Positions 37,898 to 46,547 of a stretch of 60,152 nt of DNA are shown here, piece by piece (position 1 is the first letter of the stretch; the number at the start of each line of letters is the position of its first letter). This stretch comes from an uncultured Dehalococcoidales bacterium. GTDB lineage: Bacteria > Chloroflexota > Dehalococcoidia > GIF9 > AB-539-J10. The position numbers and the translations under genes were made by a program. The stretch is taken from NCBI GenBank assembly GCA_964652095.1, contig CAZZAC010000002.1, forward strand, positions 1 through 60,152, given 5' to 3'. The notes beneath the pieces were generated by a model that was given only the letters and a program-made list of their open reading frames with translations, ran no database searches and had not been told where the DNA came from.

Positions 37898-39340
37898 ATG
37901 AAGACAGATAAACACGACGAGCTTCAAGAGACTACTGCACGTCTCGGTACGGAGCGGCTGAGCAAGCTGCTCCTCCGCCTGAGTGCGCCCAGCATTGTCT
38001 CAATGATAACCATCTCTCTCTATCACCTAGCTGACACATTCTGGCTGGGTCAGCTCAGCTATCAGGCGATTGCCGCTGTAACCATTACCTTTCCGTTTTA
38101 TATTGCCGTGGTCGCCATCGGTGTTGGCACGGGTGTTGGCGCCAACGCCTTAGCATCGCGGCGTTTCGGTGAAAGAAACATCGAGGCAACCAACCAAGTG
38201 GCTGGCCAGATCTTTCCTCTGACTGCTGTATTTGGTGTTGTTTTCATCGTTGCCAGCGTCTTCTTTGCCAGACAGTTAGCTGCCCTACTCGGGGCTACAC
38301 CGGACATTGTAACCCTGACGGCGGATTACATCTTTTTCTTAGGCTGGGGAGTGCCATTTATGCTTTTTCGACTCATGTCACGCAACGTCTTCCACGCGGC
38401 TGGGGATGCTGTCAAGCCGATGATTTTCACTGTTGTTGGCGCTGTGCTCAATGCCATCCTCGACCCATTCTTTATCTTTGGTTGGGGGCCTTTCCCGGAG
38501 ATGGGTGTTGGTGGGGCTGGGTTGGCGACGACGATATCCGGCGGAATCGCTGCTGTACTCAGTTACTACTATCTGGTCGGCGGAAGATCCGTCTACAGGT
38601 TGAAGCTGCATCACCTCAGACCTAACTTTTCTATCATGGCACAGATCTACCGTGTGGGCTTGCCATCGCTTTTGATGGAACTAACAGAAACAATCATTTT
38701 CATCATATTCAACCGGATTGTCGCTGGTTTCGGTTCAATAACGCTGGCAGCCCTGGGAATTGCGATACGTATTGCCGACCTCGCGTTTATGCCCATCGTC
38801 GGTGTTGCCCATGGTCTTCTGCCAATTGTTGGCTTCTGCTTGGGGGCACGCCTCTGGGAGAGGCTGTGGTCAGCTGTCAAGCTGGCCTCCCTCGCTCTAG
38901 TGGTGTTGCTGGGCGTCGCGACTATCTTCCTGGAAATTTTCACTCCACAGGTAATAGCTATTTTCAATAATGACCCTGATCTGCTGGCCATCGCCGTGCC
39001 GGGTATGCGCATTTTCATTTCAACTCTCATTCTGATTGGTCCGGCCATTATGTTCATTACCACATTTCAGGGATTATCCAAAGGGTGGACGGCCACTGCT
39101 CTATCACTGGTGCGTGAGTTGGTTTTTTTCATCCCGGCAGTGCTTATCCTGCCCCGCTTCATGGGGCTGAACGGCGTCTGGCTGTCTCTGCCCATCGCAG
39201 ACGTCTGCGGTACCGCTATCGCCGGGTTCTGGCTTTACCGTGAGTACCAGTTACAGAAGCGTAGTGGCATCTGGGATAATGCCCCGGTGACGGAGCCCAT
39301 ATCGGAGTCTGTATCGAAAGGCCGGTCTACGCTTGATTGA
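37898..39340 (+). CDS. MATE-family efflux transporter
   Basis: 480 aa with about 12 TM segments and a MATE-like N-terminus (LLRLSAPSIVSM...). Confidence 0.85.
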   Translation: MKTDKHDELQETTARLGTERLSKLLLRLSAPSIVSMITISLYHLADTFWLGQLSYQAIAAVTITFPFYIAVVAIGVGTGVGANALASRRFGERNIEATNQVAGQIFPLTAVFGVVFIVASVFFARQLAALLGATPDIVTLTADYIFFLGWGVPFMLFRLMSRNVFHAAGDAVKPMIFTVVGAVLNAILDPFFIFGWGPFPEMGVGGAGLATTISGGIAAVLSYYYLVGGRSVYRLKLHHLRPNFSIMAQIYRVGLPSLLMELTETIIFIIFNRIVAGFGSITLAALGIAIRIADLAFMPIVGVAHGLLPIVGFCLGARLWERLWSAVKLASLALVVLLGVATIFLEIFTPQVIAIFNNDPDLLAIAVPGMRIFISTLILIGPAIMFITTFQGLSKGWTATALSLVRELVFFIPAVLILPRFMGLNGVWLSLPIADVCGTAIAGFWLYREYQLQKRSGIWDNAPVTEPISESVSKGRSTLD

Positions 39341-39566
39341 CATAGGTGAAACCTACCACTCTTTCGGATTGCCGAAGTTCCCGTTAAACTGCGTGAAACC
39401 CTTTGCCTGATTGCGCTTCCGTTGAACATTTCCAACGAATGTGCAGCCTACCTTCGCCGTCTTGCTTAATAAACGTAGACTCAGTATGTTTGTCGTGATG
39501 AAGGCACTTCCTTGTACGAGTCTCCAAAAAGCATATGAAGAGCATGAAGAGATTTCTCACGTAGTC

Positions 39567-39630
39567 GGTATTCCGGGGACATAACATCGAACTTGCAGTA
39601 GGTCTAATTGGTATAATGTCCCTGGAATTC
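39567..39630 (+). repeat. 64-nt hairpin repeat (family 1), copy B
   Basis: ggtattccggggacataacatcgaacttgcagtaggtctaattggtataatgtccctggaattc. It lies between convergent gene ends. Confidence 0.9.
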
Positions 39631-39648
39631 GACCCAGCGAATAGCTGA

Positions 39649-39993
39649 CTACGCTAGTCTCATGGTGATAAACGCTGTTGCTAAATAAGCTGCAACACTC
39701 GCTAGAAGTGACACCACCAATCCCAAACGAGGCAGAGGAAAAATCACGCCAACGACATAAAGCACCTAGGCAGGCAATAGTATTATCATACTCTTGGCAT
39801 AAGAAATAGCTGCCCCTGTGCCGCCAGCAAAGTATATGGTGCACACAATTATCAGACTGGTACGGGGTAAGAAAGCAATGAAGACAGCAAGTTCACTCTT
39901 TCCTTGGCTCTCAAAATAGGTTACGACCGAGACTACAAGTCCGCCTATCACAAAGTATGCTATTAGTAACTTGAGGTCCACGATGTTTTTCAA
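39649..39993 (-). pseudogene. Small 4-TM membrane protein (DUF3147/GlpM-like, tentative) interrupted by one in-frame TAG
   Basis: The 75-codon ORF (39766-39993) ends at TAG 39766-39768. The same frame then continues for 38 hydrophobic codons (VLYVVGVIFPLPRLGLVVSLLASVAAYLATAFITMRLA) to TAG 39649-39651. The combined length is 114 aa. Confidence 0.5.
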
Positions 39994-40089
39994 GCTTGAG
40001 GTCGCTTATACCATATAGCCTGGCAAACATGACGACACGAACTGCCAAGTTGCGACGGAGGGCAGCAACATTCGCTAGTACGGGACTGA

Positions 40090-40983
40090 CTAGTCACGAG
40101 CCAAGATATCCCTGACCTGCACGGCGAAAGCCTCGCTCTTAGCATCTCCGGTGACAAGCTGAATCTGCTTTGCCGAGGATACGCCCAGTCCCAGCTCAGC
40201 GGCTCGTGCAATCTGCTCTTGTTCGAAGATAGACCCGCGGCTGACCTCTGGTGTCGTCCCCAACAGACGGAGAATCGCCACCCCCACCGCATCGATGGCC
40301 ACTCGGTCGGTGCCAGCAAGCATCACCTTAGCTTCTACTTTGGTGCCACGGTCGGGCCCACCGTCAACAAAAGCCTCCACGCCATCCAGAACCACTAAGT
40401 CGGGCGAATAAGCGGTATTAATCTCAGCAATCATTTGCCGCTGGTACCGTGATGAGTGAAGTTCCCCCATATAGGGATAGCCTGCCAAGGGGACAAGTCC
40501 TACCGTGTTCTTCAAAGAGAGTGTGAAATGGCCGCCGTAAGCATGTGTCTTAAGGCAGCAGGTCTGGACAACTGATTCCGCTTCGAGATAAATCCGGGGA
40601 AAATGAAAACCCTGGCTCCAATGACTCTCTTTAGGCTCTATCTTGCTCCAGCCTTCGGGACCTAACTCTTCCAGATTAAGGATGTTGAAGCCCAGCTCTT
40701 GAGCTAGCCTGAAAATCCCCTTCTTCTCCATAACCGTCCGGGTGCTATTTCCGGGTCCGCTTCGCTCAGCCAGGGTAATCTGCTTTGCTTCCATTTGCTG
40801 AAGAGTTGGAACTAGAGACCACAGTGTGTCGTTATGCGTGGAACCCGGTGCCGGGTCAGCCGTGTTGAAATTAGGTTTCAGAACCACGGATTTGCCACGG
40901 AAAGATTTCAACTCGAGGAGGTCTATTGATTGTCTGACACCTTCACCTCGGTTCTTGGTGCTTACCAGTGCCACTTTTGTCAT
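40090..40983 (-). CDS. DUF362 domain-containing protein
   Basis: GKSVVLKPNFNTADPAPGSTHNDTL is typical of DUF362. ATG 40983 has a GGAGAAAG RBS. Confidence 0.7.
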   Translation of the reverse strand: MTKVALVSTKNRGEGVRQSIDLLELKSFRGKSVVLKPNFNTADPAPGSTHNDTLWSLVPTLQQMEAKQITLAERSGPGNSTRTVMEKKGIFRLAQELGFNILNLEELGPEGWSKIEPKESHWSQGFHFPRIYLEAESVVQTCCLKTHAYGGHFTLSLKNTVGLVPLAGYPYMGELHSSRYQRQMIAEINTAYSPDLVVLDGVEAFVDGGPDRGTKVEAKVMLAGTDRVAIDAVGVAILRLLGTTPEVSRGSIFEQEQIARAAELGLGVSSAKQIQLVTGDAKSEAFAVQVRDILARD

Positions 40984-41212
40984 ACCAACTTTCTCCATCT
41001 ATCGAGCATAGCCTAATTATAGCTGATATACGCCAGTCAAACCAAGCTCACAAAGTCAGTGCTCCAACTACGGATTACAGCCTACATCGTTGCCACTGCG
41101 CAAAACGCGAGATTGTTCAACGATGCCACTCCCACATTTGCTGACGATACTTCAAATACAGGGCGACAAGAGATATAATTCGGTGTAGCCTAATATAATA
41201 AGAGGTTAACCG

Positions 41213-42127
41213 ATGGCTCCCGATGAAATAACAGGACTCATCTGCTCCAAGCTGGAGGAGAAAGGTTATCGCGGTACAGTGTTGTCCATCGAGCATGTCG
41301 CTCAACTCAAATATGAAATAGAAGAGTGCCTCAGCCAGAGAAAAATAGACGCGGGATTGTATGAGAAATACCTGACTTATTTTGAATTCGATGTTACCGC
41401 CAGTCTTCCAAGGGCTTGTTCAATCATAATAACTGCAGCTCCACAACCTCAGCGCAAAATCACCTTCCATTTCAACGGGCAGACCTATTTGGTCATAATC
41501 TCTCCTACTTACTATGCTGACACAGATAACCAAATTAGAAACATGCTTCAAAGCATTCTTAATTCTAACAACTACCAGCTTTACCCGGCTGCGTTGCCGC
41601 TGAAGTTATTGGCAGTGTACAGCGGAATGGCAGAGTATGGGAAGAACAACATCGCTTACGTAGAAGGTCTGGGGAGCTTTGTTCGACTCAAAGCCTTTCT
41701 TTCAGACATGCCGACTGGCAGAGGTGAGTGGTTGGAACCGCAGGTAATGAAAGAATGTGATAGGTGCAAGTCATGTCTTAATGAATGTCCTACCGGAGCG
41801 ATTGTCCCGGACCGCTTCTTGATTCATGCGGAGAGATGCATTACCTTCCTTAATGAATGGAGAGAAGAGTTTCCTGAATGGATAGACCCAGCCTGGCACA
41901 ATAGCCTTATAGGCTGCATGAAGTGCCAGCTTGTCTGCCCGGTGAACAAGCGTTTTATCAAATGGGTGGAAGAGGGAGAAGATTTCAATGAAGCTGAGAC
42001 CGAGTTAATCCTGAATGGAGTACCACTTGATCGCATCCCGCCTGAAACAGCTCACAAACTCAACCGTTGCTATATGCTGGAATACCTGGACGTGCTACCG
42101 AGGAACTTGCGTGCCCTCTTAAAGTGA
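41213..42127 (+). CDS. Epoxyqueuosine reductase (QueG)-like 4Fe-4S dicluster protein
   Basis: Two ferredoxin-type motifs (CDRCKSCLNECPTGAI, CMKCQLVCPVN) follow a QueG-like core (SGMAEYGKNNIAYVEGLGSFVRL). Confidence 0.65.
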   Translation: MAPDEITGLICSKLEEKGYRGTVLSIEHVAQLKYEIEECLSQRKIDAGLYEKYLTYFEFDVTASLPRACSIIITAAPQPQRKITFHFNGQTYLVIISPTYYADTDNQIRNMLQSILNSNNYQLYPAALPLKLLAVYSGMAEYGKNNIAYVEGLGSFVRLKAFLSDMPTGRGEWLEPQVMKECDRCKSCLNECPTGAIVPDRFLIHAERCITFLNEWREEFPEWIDPAWHNSLIGCMKCQLVCPVNKRFIKWVEEGEDFNEAETELILNGVPLDRIPPETAHKLNRCYMLEYLDVLPRNLRALLK

Positions 42128-42255
42128 TTATTCGCAACAGCGGGTTTTTGTTGTTTACATCTCTGAGTGCCCTGTTATTTATCTCCGCTGTGCCAGATTA
42201 CGTGCTAGCAATACACCGACTGCACCGAAGTCAGTATTGTTCTCCGGTTATACCA

Positions 42256-42319
42256 AGTATTCTGGGGACATAATGCCTGATTTGGAGCAGGCCTAATTGG
42301 TATGGTGTTCCTGGAATTC
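42256..42319 (+). repeat. 64-nt hairpin repeat (family 1), copy C
   Basis: agtattctggggacataatgcctgatttggagcaggcctaattggtatggtgttcctggaattc. It lies 14 nt from the methyltransferase stop. Confidence 0.9.
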
Positions 42320-42332
42320 GCGGTAAACACGC

Positions 42333-43022
42333 TTACTTGCGTTTCTTAAGTGTAATCTCCATCCAAATATCTGTTAGCGCCATCTGGTAGTTGCCTTTGA
42401 ATGTCGTTTGCTCTAGCATACCCTTGATTATGGTCTGGTATTCTTCCCAGGTGAAACCATGCAGTGTAGAGACCCTGTGTCCAAGTCGGCCAACGAAGAA
42501 CCCGTATTCCTTGTTCAGTTTTCTTCTATCAGCCCGATTGCTGAAAACCTCAGGACATCCATCGTATATCCAGGCTTCTTTGCCGGTTTTTAGAACGCGA
42601 TAGCATTCATCAAACACCAGGCGCGGTGTCTTCCAATGGTGCGAAGCGCCCGTACTAATCACAACGTCTATCGAATTATCCTTGAAAGGGAGTTTGGCCG
42701 CATTGCCAAACACAAATCGAGCATTATCAACGCCTTTGGCATGGCGTCTGGCAATCTTGACCATTTGCCTGCTGAGATCGATGCCATAGACCTGCAGGCT
42801 GGGTGACTTCTTGGCAATCTCTATTGACAAATAGCCTGTTCCCGAACCCAAATCAAGAATAGTTCCCTTTCCCATCTGTGCCACTATGTTATTAGCTATC
42901 TTTGTTTCAGGCTTTCGAAGAACTTTTGCCACTGTCGCATTGTAGAATATGGCACCAGGGGTTGGGATTGATTCAGGTTTCCTCAGTAAATCCTTGATGA
43001 ATCTTGTTAGAGACATGGTCAT
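42333..43022 (-). CDS. Class I SAM-dependent methyltransferase
   Basis: ILDLGSGTGYLS (motif I) is present, with UbiE/COQ5-like architecture. Confidence 0.8.
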   Translation of the reverse strand: MTMSLTRFIKDLLRKPESIPTPGAIFYNATVAKVLRKPETKIANNIVAQMGKGTILDLGSGTGYLSIEIAKKSPSLQVYGIDLSRQMVKIARRHAKGVDNARFVFGNAAKLPFKDNSIDVVISTGASHHWKTPRLVFDECYRVLKTGKEAWIYDGCPEVFSNRADRRKLNKEYGFFVGRLGHRVSTLHGFTWEEYQTIIKGMLEQTTFKGNYQMALTDIWMEITLKKRK

Positions 43023-43026
43023 TCCT

Positions 43027-43090
43027 CATATTCCGGGGACATAATACCTAATTTGCAGTAGGCCTAATTGGCATGGCGCCCCTAGAATTC
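43027..43090 (+). repeat. 64-nt hairpin repeat (family 1), copy D (most diverged)
   Basis: catattccggggacataatacctaatttgcagtaggcctaattggcatggcgcccctagaattc. It fills the 71-nt gap between the Vms1-like gene stop and the methyltransferase start. Confidence 0.85.
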
Positions 43091-43093
43091 CCG

Positions 43094-43858
43094 CTAAGAG
43101 TTATCCGCGCACCATTCGATAACATCGGTTGACCAGACAGTGCCCACGGCTTTTTCCAGTACCGCCTGGCGTGGCTCCCGTATATCCAGCAGCGTCCGCA
43201 GGATGCGGTCGTCAAATTGGCTCAGGAACGGGCACCGTTTGCGCAGTGAGAGGATGGTAGTCCTTGCTCCGCCATAGACCAGATAGTCGAGTGACCGGGC
43301 ATGGGGCTCGATATTCTCCCGCACGTGACCGCAAACCCGGCCCAGAAACTGCTCTATTTGCTTTTCCCGGTGTCGGGCAAACCGCGCCTGCGAGGAGCCA
43401 CCCTTTTTGTGGCGGGCGTGCACCAGGCCTGTTCCCGTCTTGCTATCTATGAACTCTGTGCCCCGGCAGATGCCAATACTGTATGCTCCCAGGCGGACCA
43501 GAACCAGAGCGATAAGGAAGTCGTGACTGATAAGAGAACACAACGGTCCAACATCATAGCCGTCGGTGATATATTCTTCGGCAATCGGGAATGGTGGCAG
43601 GACCAGATACGTTTGCAGCGGGCTCCAGAAAAACGCCGCTCCCATTCTCGAGCCGGCAATAGCCTCAGCCACGCCTGGCGGTATGGCAGTTGCGGCAAAC
43701 ACCTTTCCCAGCAGATTTTCCACTCTGGCTTGAGGCATCCCCCGTGGGAGATATAACGACATCGCCTTGCCTTCAGTCGAAGCCAGCTCGTCCAGAAAGC
43801 TGAGCGCCTTCGACCTGCCGAGACGGAATCTCTTCGATACAAACATAATATCAATCAC
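43094..43858 (-). CDS. Vms1/ANKZF1-like peptidyl-tRNA hydrolase (acVLRF1-type eRF1-fold release factor)
   Basis: The motif HARHKKGGSSQARFARHRE (GGSSQ encoded at 43388-43402) matches the GxxQ catalytic loop of the VLRF1 family. The length is about 250 aa. The gene lies 22 nt downstream of mutS2. Confidence 0.7.
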   Translation of the reverse strand: MIDIMFVSKRFRLGRSKALSFLDELASTEGKAMSLYLPRGMPQARVENLLGKVFAATAIPPGVAEAIAGSRMGAAFFWSPLQTYLVLPPFPIAEEYITDGYDVGPLCSLISHDFLIALVLVRLGAYSIGICRGTEFIDSKTGTGLVHARHKKGGSSQARFARHREKQIEQFLGRVCGHVRENIEPHARSLDYLVYGGARTTILSLRKRCPFLSQFDDRILRTLLDIREPRQAVLEKAVGTVWSTDVIEWCADNS

Positions 43859-43880
43859 CCGGCCGAATGAAATACTCTGG

Positions 43881-46268
43881 CTACATGCTGACTATGGTAA
43901 CGCCGTCACCACCCTCGCCCTGCTCCCCGGGCTGGAAAGACGTGACCAGCGGGTGAGAGGCCAGAATCTCCCTGACAATCTGACGCACGGTGCCCGTGCC
44001 GATACCGTGAATGATGCGGACCCGGCTCAAGCCGCATAAAGACGCTTCGTTAAGGTAGCCTTCCAGCGCCGGCTCGACCTCCTCAGCCCTCTTTCCCCGC
44101 AGGTCAAGCTCGAGAGAGACCCTGGACTTGCGCATCTCACTCCTTATCAGGGCGCTGCCCGTCTTCACCACGCCAGTTGATGGTATCCTCTTTTCCACGC
44201 TGTCCAGCCTGAGGGTCATCTTCACTTTCCCGGCATAGACTTCGACGAGCCCGCGTTCCTCAGACACTGATAGTACCGTAGCCGACACGCCAGCCTCTTT
44301 CAGCCAGACGGTATCACCGGCGGTGATTGGGCCTGTCCCGACTTCTGTTTCGTCTATCCCAACCGCCGGTCTGGCTTGCCATACCCCAGTATCTAACTGT
44401 TCCTGTGCCTCGGCTAGTGCCTTTTTCGCCTGCTCGATTCTTCCCCGCGATTTTTCCTTGCGCAATTCCGCTGCTGCCTCGCGAATTTTCATCTGTAATT
44501 CGGCAGCCTCGCAACCTATCCGGTCACGGGTCTCCTTGACGATTCTTCGTTTGTCCTCCTCCAACTGGCGGAGCCTGTTTCTCAAGTCCGCGTCGCTCTG
44601 TTCTGCCTCATTCAGTTCCTTCTCCAGGCTGTGGCGAAGCGACTCAACATTCTTCTGCTCGGTCACCAGATGGGTAAGCAAAGATTCAATCTCCTGGGCG
44701 CCTTGGGAAAGCATGTGCCGGGCGCGGGCCACAATCTCCGCAGGCAGTCCCAGACGAGATGCTGTAGCCAGAGCATTGCTGCCGCCCGGGATACCCACTG
44801 TCAGGTGATAGGTGGGCGCCATCGTAACGGGGTCCACATCCAGAGCCGCGTTTTCCACGCCGTCGGTAGCGTGAGCCAGTGCCTTTAATTCGGTGTAGTG
44901 AGTGGTGGCTACGGTCATCGTTCCCTGTGGTAAGAAATGGAGCAGGATAGCGCGGCCGAGAGCCGAGCCTTCGCCCGGGTCAGTGTTGGTGCCCAGTTCG
45001 TCTAACAGCACCAGGCTCTGTGCCGTGGCGTTGTTGATGATGCGCACGATGTTGCCTATGTGCCAGCTGAAGGTAGAAAGGGTCTGCTCGATGCTCTGCT
45101 CATCACCGATGTCGGCATATACGCCGTCATAAACGGGGATGCGGCTTTCCGCCTGAGCCGGAATGGGCAAGCCAGCCTGCGCCATCAGGCTGAGAAGTCC
45201 TATCGTCTTGAGGGCGACCGTCTTGCCACCGGTATTGGGCCCGGTGATGACCAGGACGGAGAAGTTCCGGCCAATCTCGACCGACAGCGGCACTGCCTTC
45301 TTTTTCAGCAGCGGATGTCTGGCTTCGACCAGCCTGAGCACTCCGGCCGGTTCATGTCCCTCTGACTTAGCATTTCTACCAGCGGCCACGATAATAGGCT
45401 CGGTGGCTTTGGCTTCTCTGGCGTATCTGGCCTTAGCCAGCGCCAGGTCAATCTCAGCAATCAGCTCAATGTCACGGGAAATTTCGCTTTCGAATGCTCC
45501 GACTTCAGCACTGAGCATTCTCAGTATCCTTTCTATTTCGTCCTTCTCTTCGGCACCCAGCTCGCGCAGTTCATTCTGCACGTCTGTAGTGGTCCATGGC
45601 TCAATAAATACCGTAGCCTCGGTATTGGAGACGTCGTGGACAATGCCCTTTATCTGCCGGCGACATTCCACCTTGACGGGAATTACATACCGGCCTTCCC
45701 GCTCGGTCACAATGGGATCCTGGATTATTTTCCGCCATCTGGGTGAGGTGATTATGGCTTGCAGGTGAGTGAGCAATTCCTGGCGCACTTCTCGCATTCT
45801 ATGCCTCACCGACGCCAGTTTATGTGAGGCGGTATCCAAAAGGTCGCCGGTCGGACTCAAGCAGCCATCAATATCCTTTTGAAGCTGGGCCAGTGTCACA
45901 ATGTCATTGGCCAGACCACTGAGTAACGGGAGTTCACCCGGCATGTTCACCAGGTGGCTTCTTAGCCTGTGGGCAGCGCCCAGCGTCTTTTGAATTTCCA
46001 ACAAAGATTGAGGGTCCAGGATTTTGCCGCGTGTCGCCATCTTCACCACTTCCCGGATATCAACAACTTCGCCGATATGGGTATCTGGACTGAGTGACAG
46101 CAAACGGCGTGCCTCAGCCGACTGCCTGAGCCGCAGGCGGACTTCTTCTTCATCCGAGAGAGGAGTGAGGTCGAGGGCCAGCTCTCGGCTGGCGGAAAAT
46201 GAAGTGAAGCCGGCTAGTATCTCCCTCATCTTGTGAAATTCCAGCAGTTCTAAATCGCTGTCGCCCAA
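43881..46268 (-). CDS. mutS2: MutS2 (endonuclease/ATPase with C-terminal Smr domain)
   Basis: 795 aa, with the MutS ATPase Walker A GPNTGGKT, a long coiled coil and a C-terminal Smr domain (LDLRGKRAEE...RIIHGIGTGTVR). Confidence 0.9.
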   Translation of the reverse strand: MGDSDLELLEFHKMREILAGFTSFSASRELALDLTPLSDEEEVRLRLRQSAEARRLLSLSPDTHIGEVVDIREVVKMATRGKILDPQSLLEIQKTLGAAHRLRSHLVNMPGELPLLSGLANDIVTLAQLQKDIDGCLSPTGDLLDTASHKLASVRHRMREVRQELLTHLQAIITSPRWRKIIQDPIVTEREGRYVIPVKVECRRQIKGIVHDVSNTEATVFIEPWTTTDVQNELRELGAEEKDEIERILRMLSAEVGAFESEISRDIELIAEIDLALAKARYAREAKATEPIIVAAGRNAKSEGHEPAGVLRLVEARHPLLKKKAVPLSVEIGRNFSVLVITGPNTGGKTVALKTIGLLSLMAQAGLPIPAQAESRIPVYDGVYADIGDEQSIEQTLSTFSWHIGNIVRIINNATAQSLVLLDELGTNTDPGEGSALGRAILLHFLPQGTMTVATTHYTELKALAHATDGVENAALDVDPVTMAPTYHLTVGIPGGSNALATASRLGLPAEIVARARHMLSQGAQEIESLLTHLVTEQKNVESLRHSLEKELNEAEQSDADLRNRLRQLEEDKRRIVKETRDRIGCEAAELQMKIREAAAELRKEKSRGRIEQAKKALAEAQEQLDTGVWQARPAVGIDETEVGTGPITAGDTVWLKEAGVSATVLSVSEERGLVEVYAGKVKMTLRLDSVEKRIPSTGVVKTGSALIRSEMRKSRVSLELDLRGKRAEEVEPALEGYLNEASLCGLSRVRIIHGIGTGTVRQIVREILASHPLVTSFQPGEQGEGGDGVTIVSM

Positions 46269-46413
46269 GGTAACCTTCCCGAGTCGCCTATACTCTCATC
46301 GCCATATTAATAATCATCGAATAGTATAAAGCAATCACCCCAGTTTTCAAAAAATCGGCTTCTCCAGCCAGGGGCGGACGAGATTACTTACGTCGTTTTA
46401 AAGAGGGTTCCAA

Positions 46414-46477
46414 GGTATTCTGGGGACATAATGCCTGATTTATGATAGGCTTAATTGGTATGGTGTCACTGGAATTC
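46414..46477 (+). repeat. 64-nt hairpin repeat (family 1), copy E
   Basis: ggtattctggggacataatgcctgatttatgataggcttaattggtatggtgtcactggaattc. It sits in the divergent promoter region between mutS2 and the AMP-ligase gene. Confidence 0.9.
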
Positions 46478-46479
46478 CA

Positions 46480-46509
46480 TTGACAGGAAATAGGAAATTG
46501 GCTCATAAT
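46480..46509 (+). promoter_or_regulatory. Sigma-70-type promoter of the AMP-ligase gene
   Basis: TTGACA (46480-46485), an 18-nt spacer, then CATAAT (46504-46509). The ATG lies at 46548 after GGGAGAG. The -35 hexamer starts 3 nt after repeat E. Confidence 0.5.
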
Positions 46510-46547
46510 CCTACTTCAAAAAACTCGTCAAGTCTTCGGGAGAGACA

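Noticed and set aside
39766-39768. The in-frame TAG as pyrrolysine or a recoded stop.
   Set aside because: No pyl genes or methylamine methyltransferases lie in the window. The context is a small membrane protein, and other genes here use TAG as an ordinary stop. A nonsense mutation or sequencing error is simpler.
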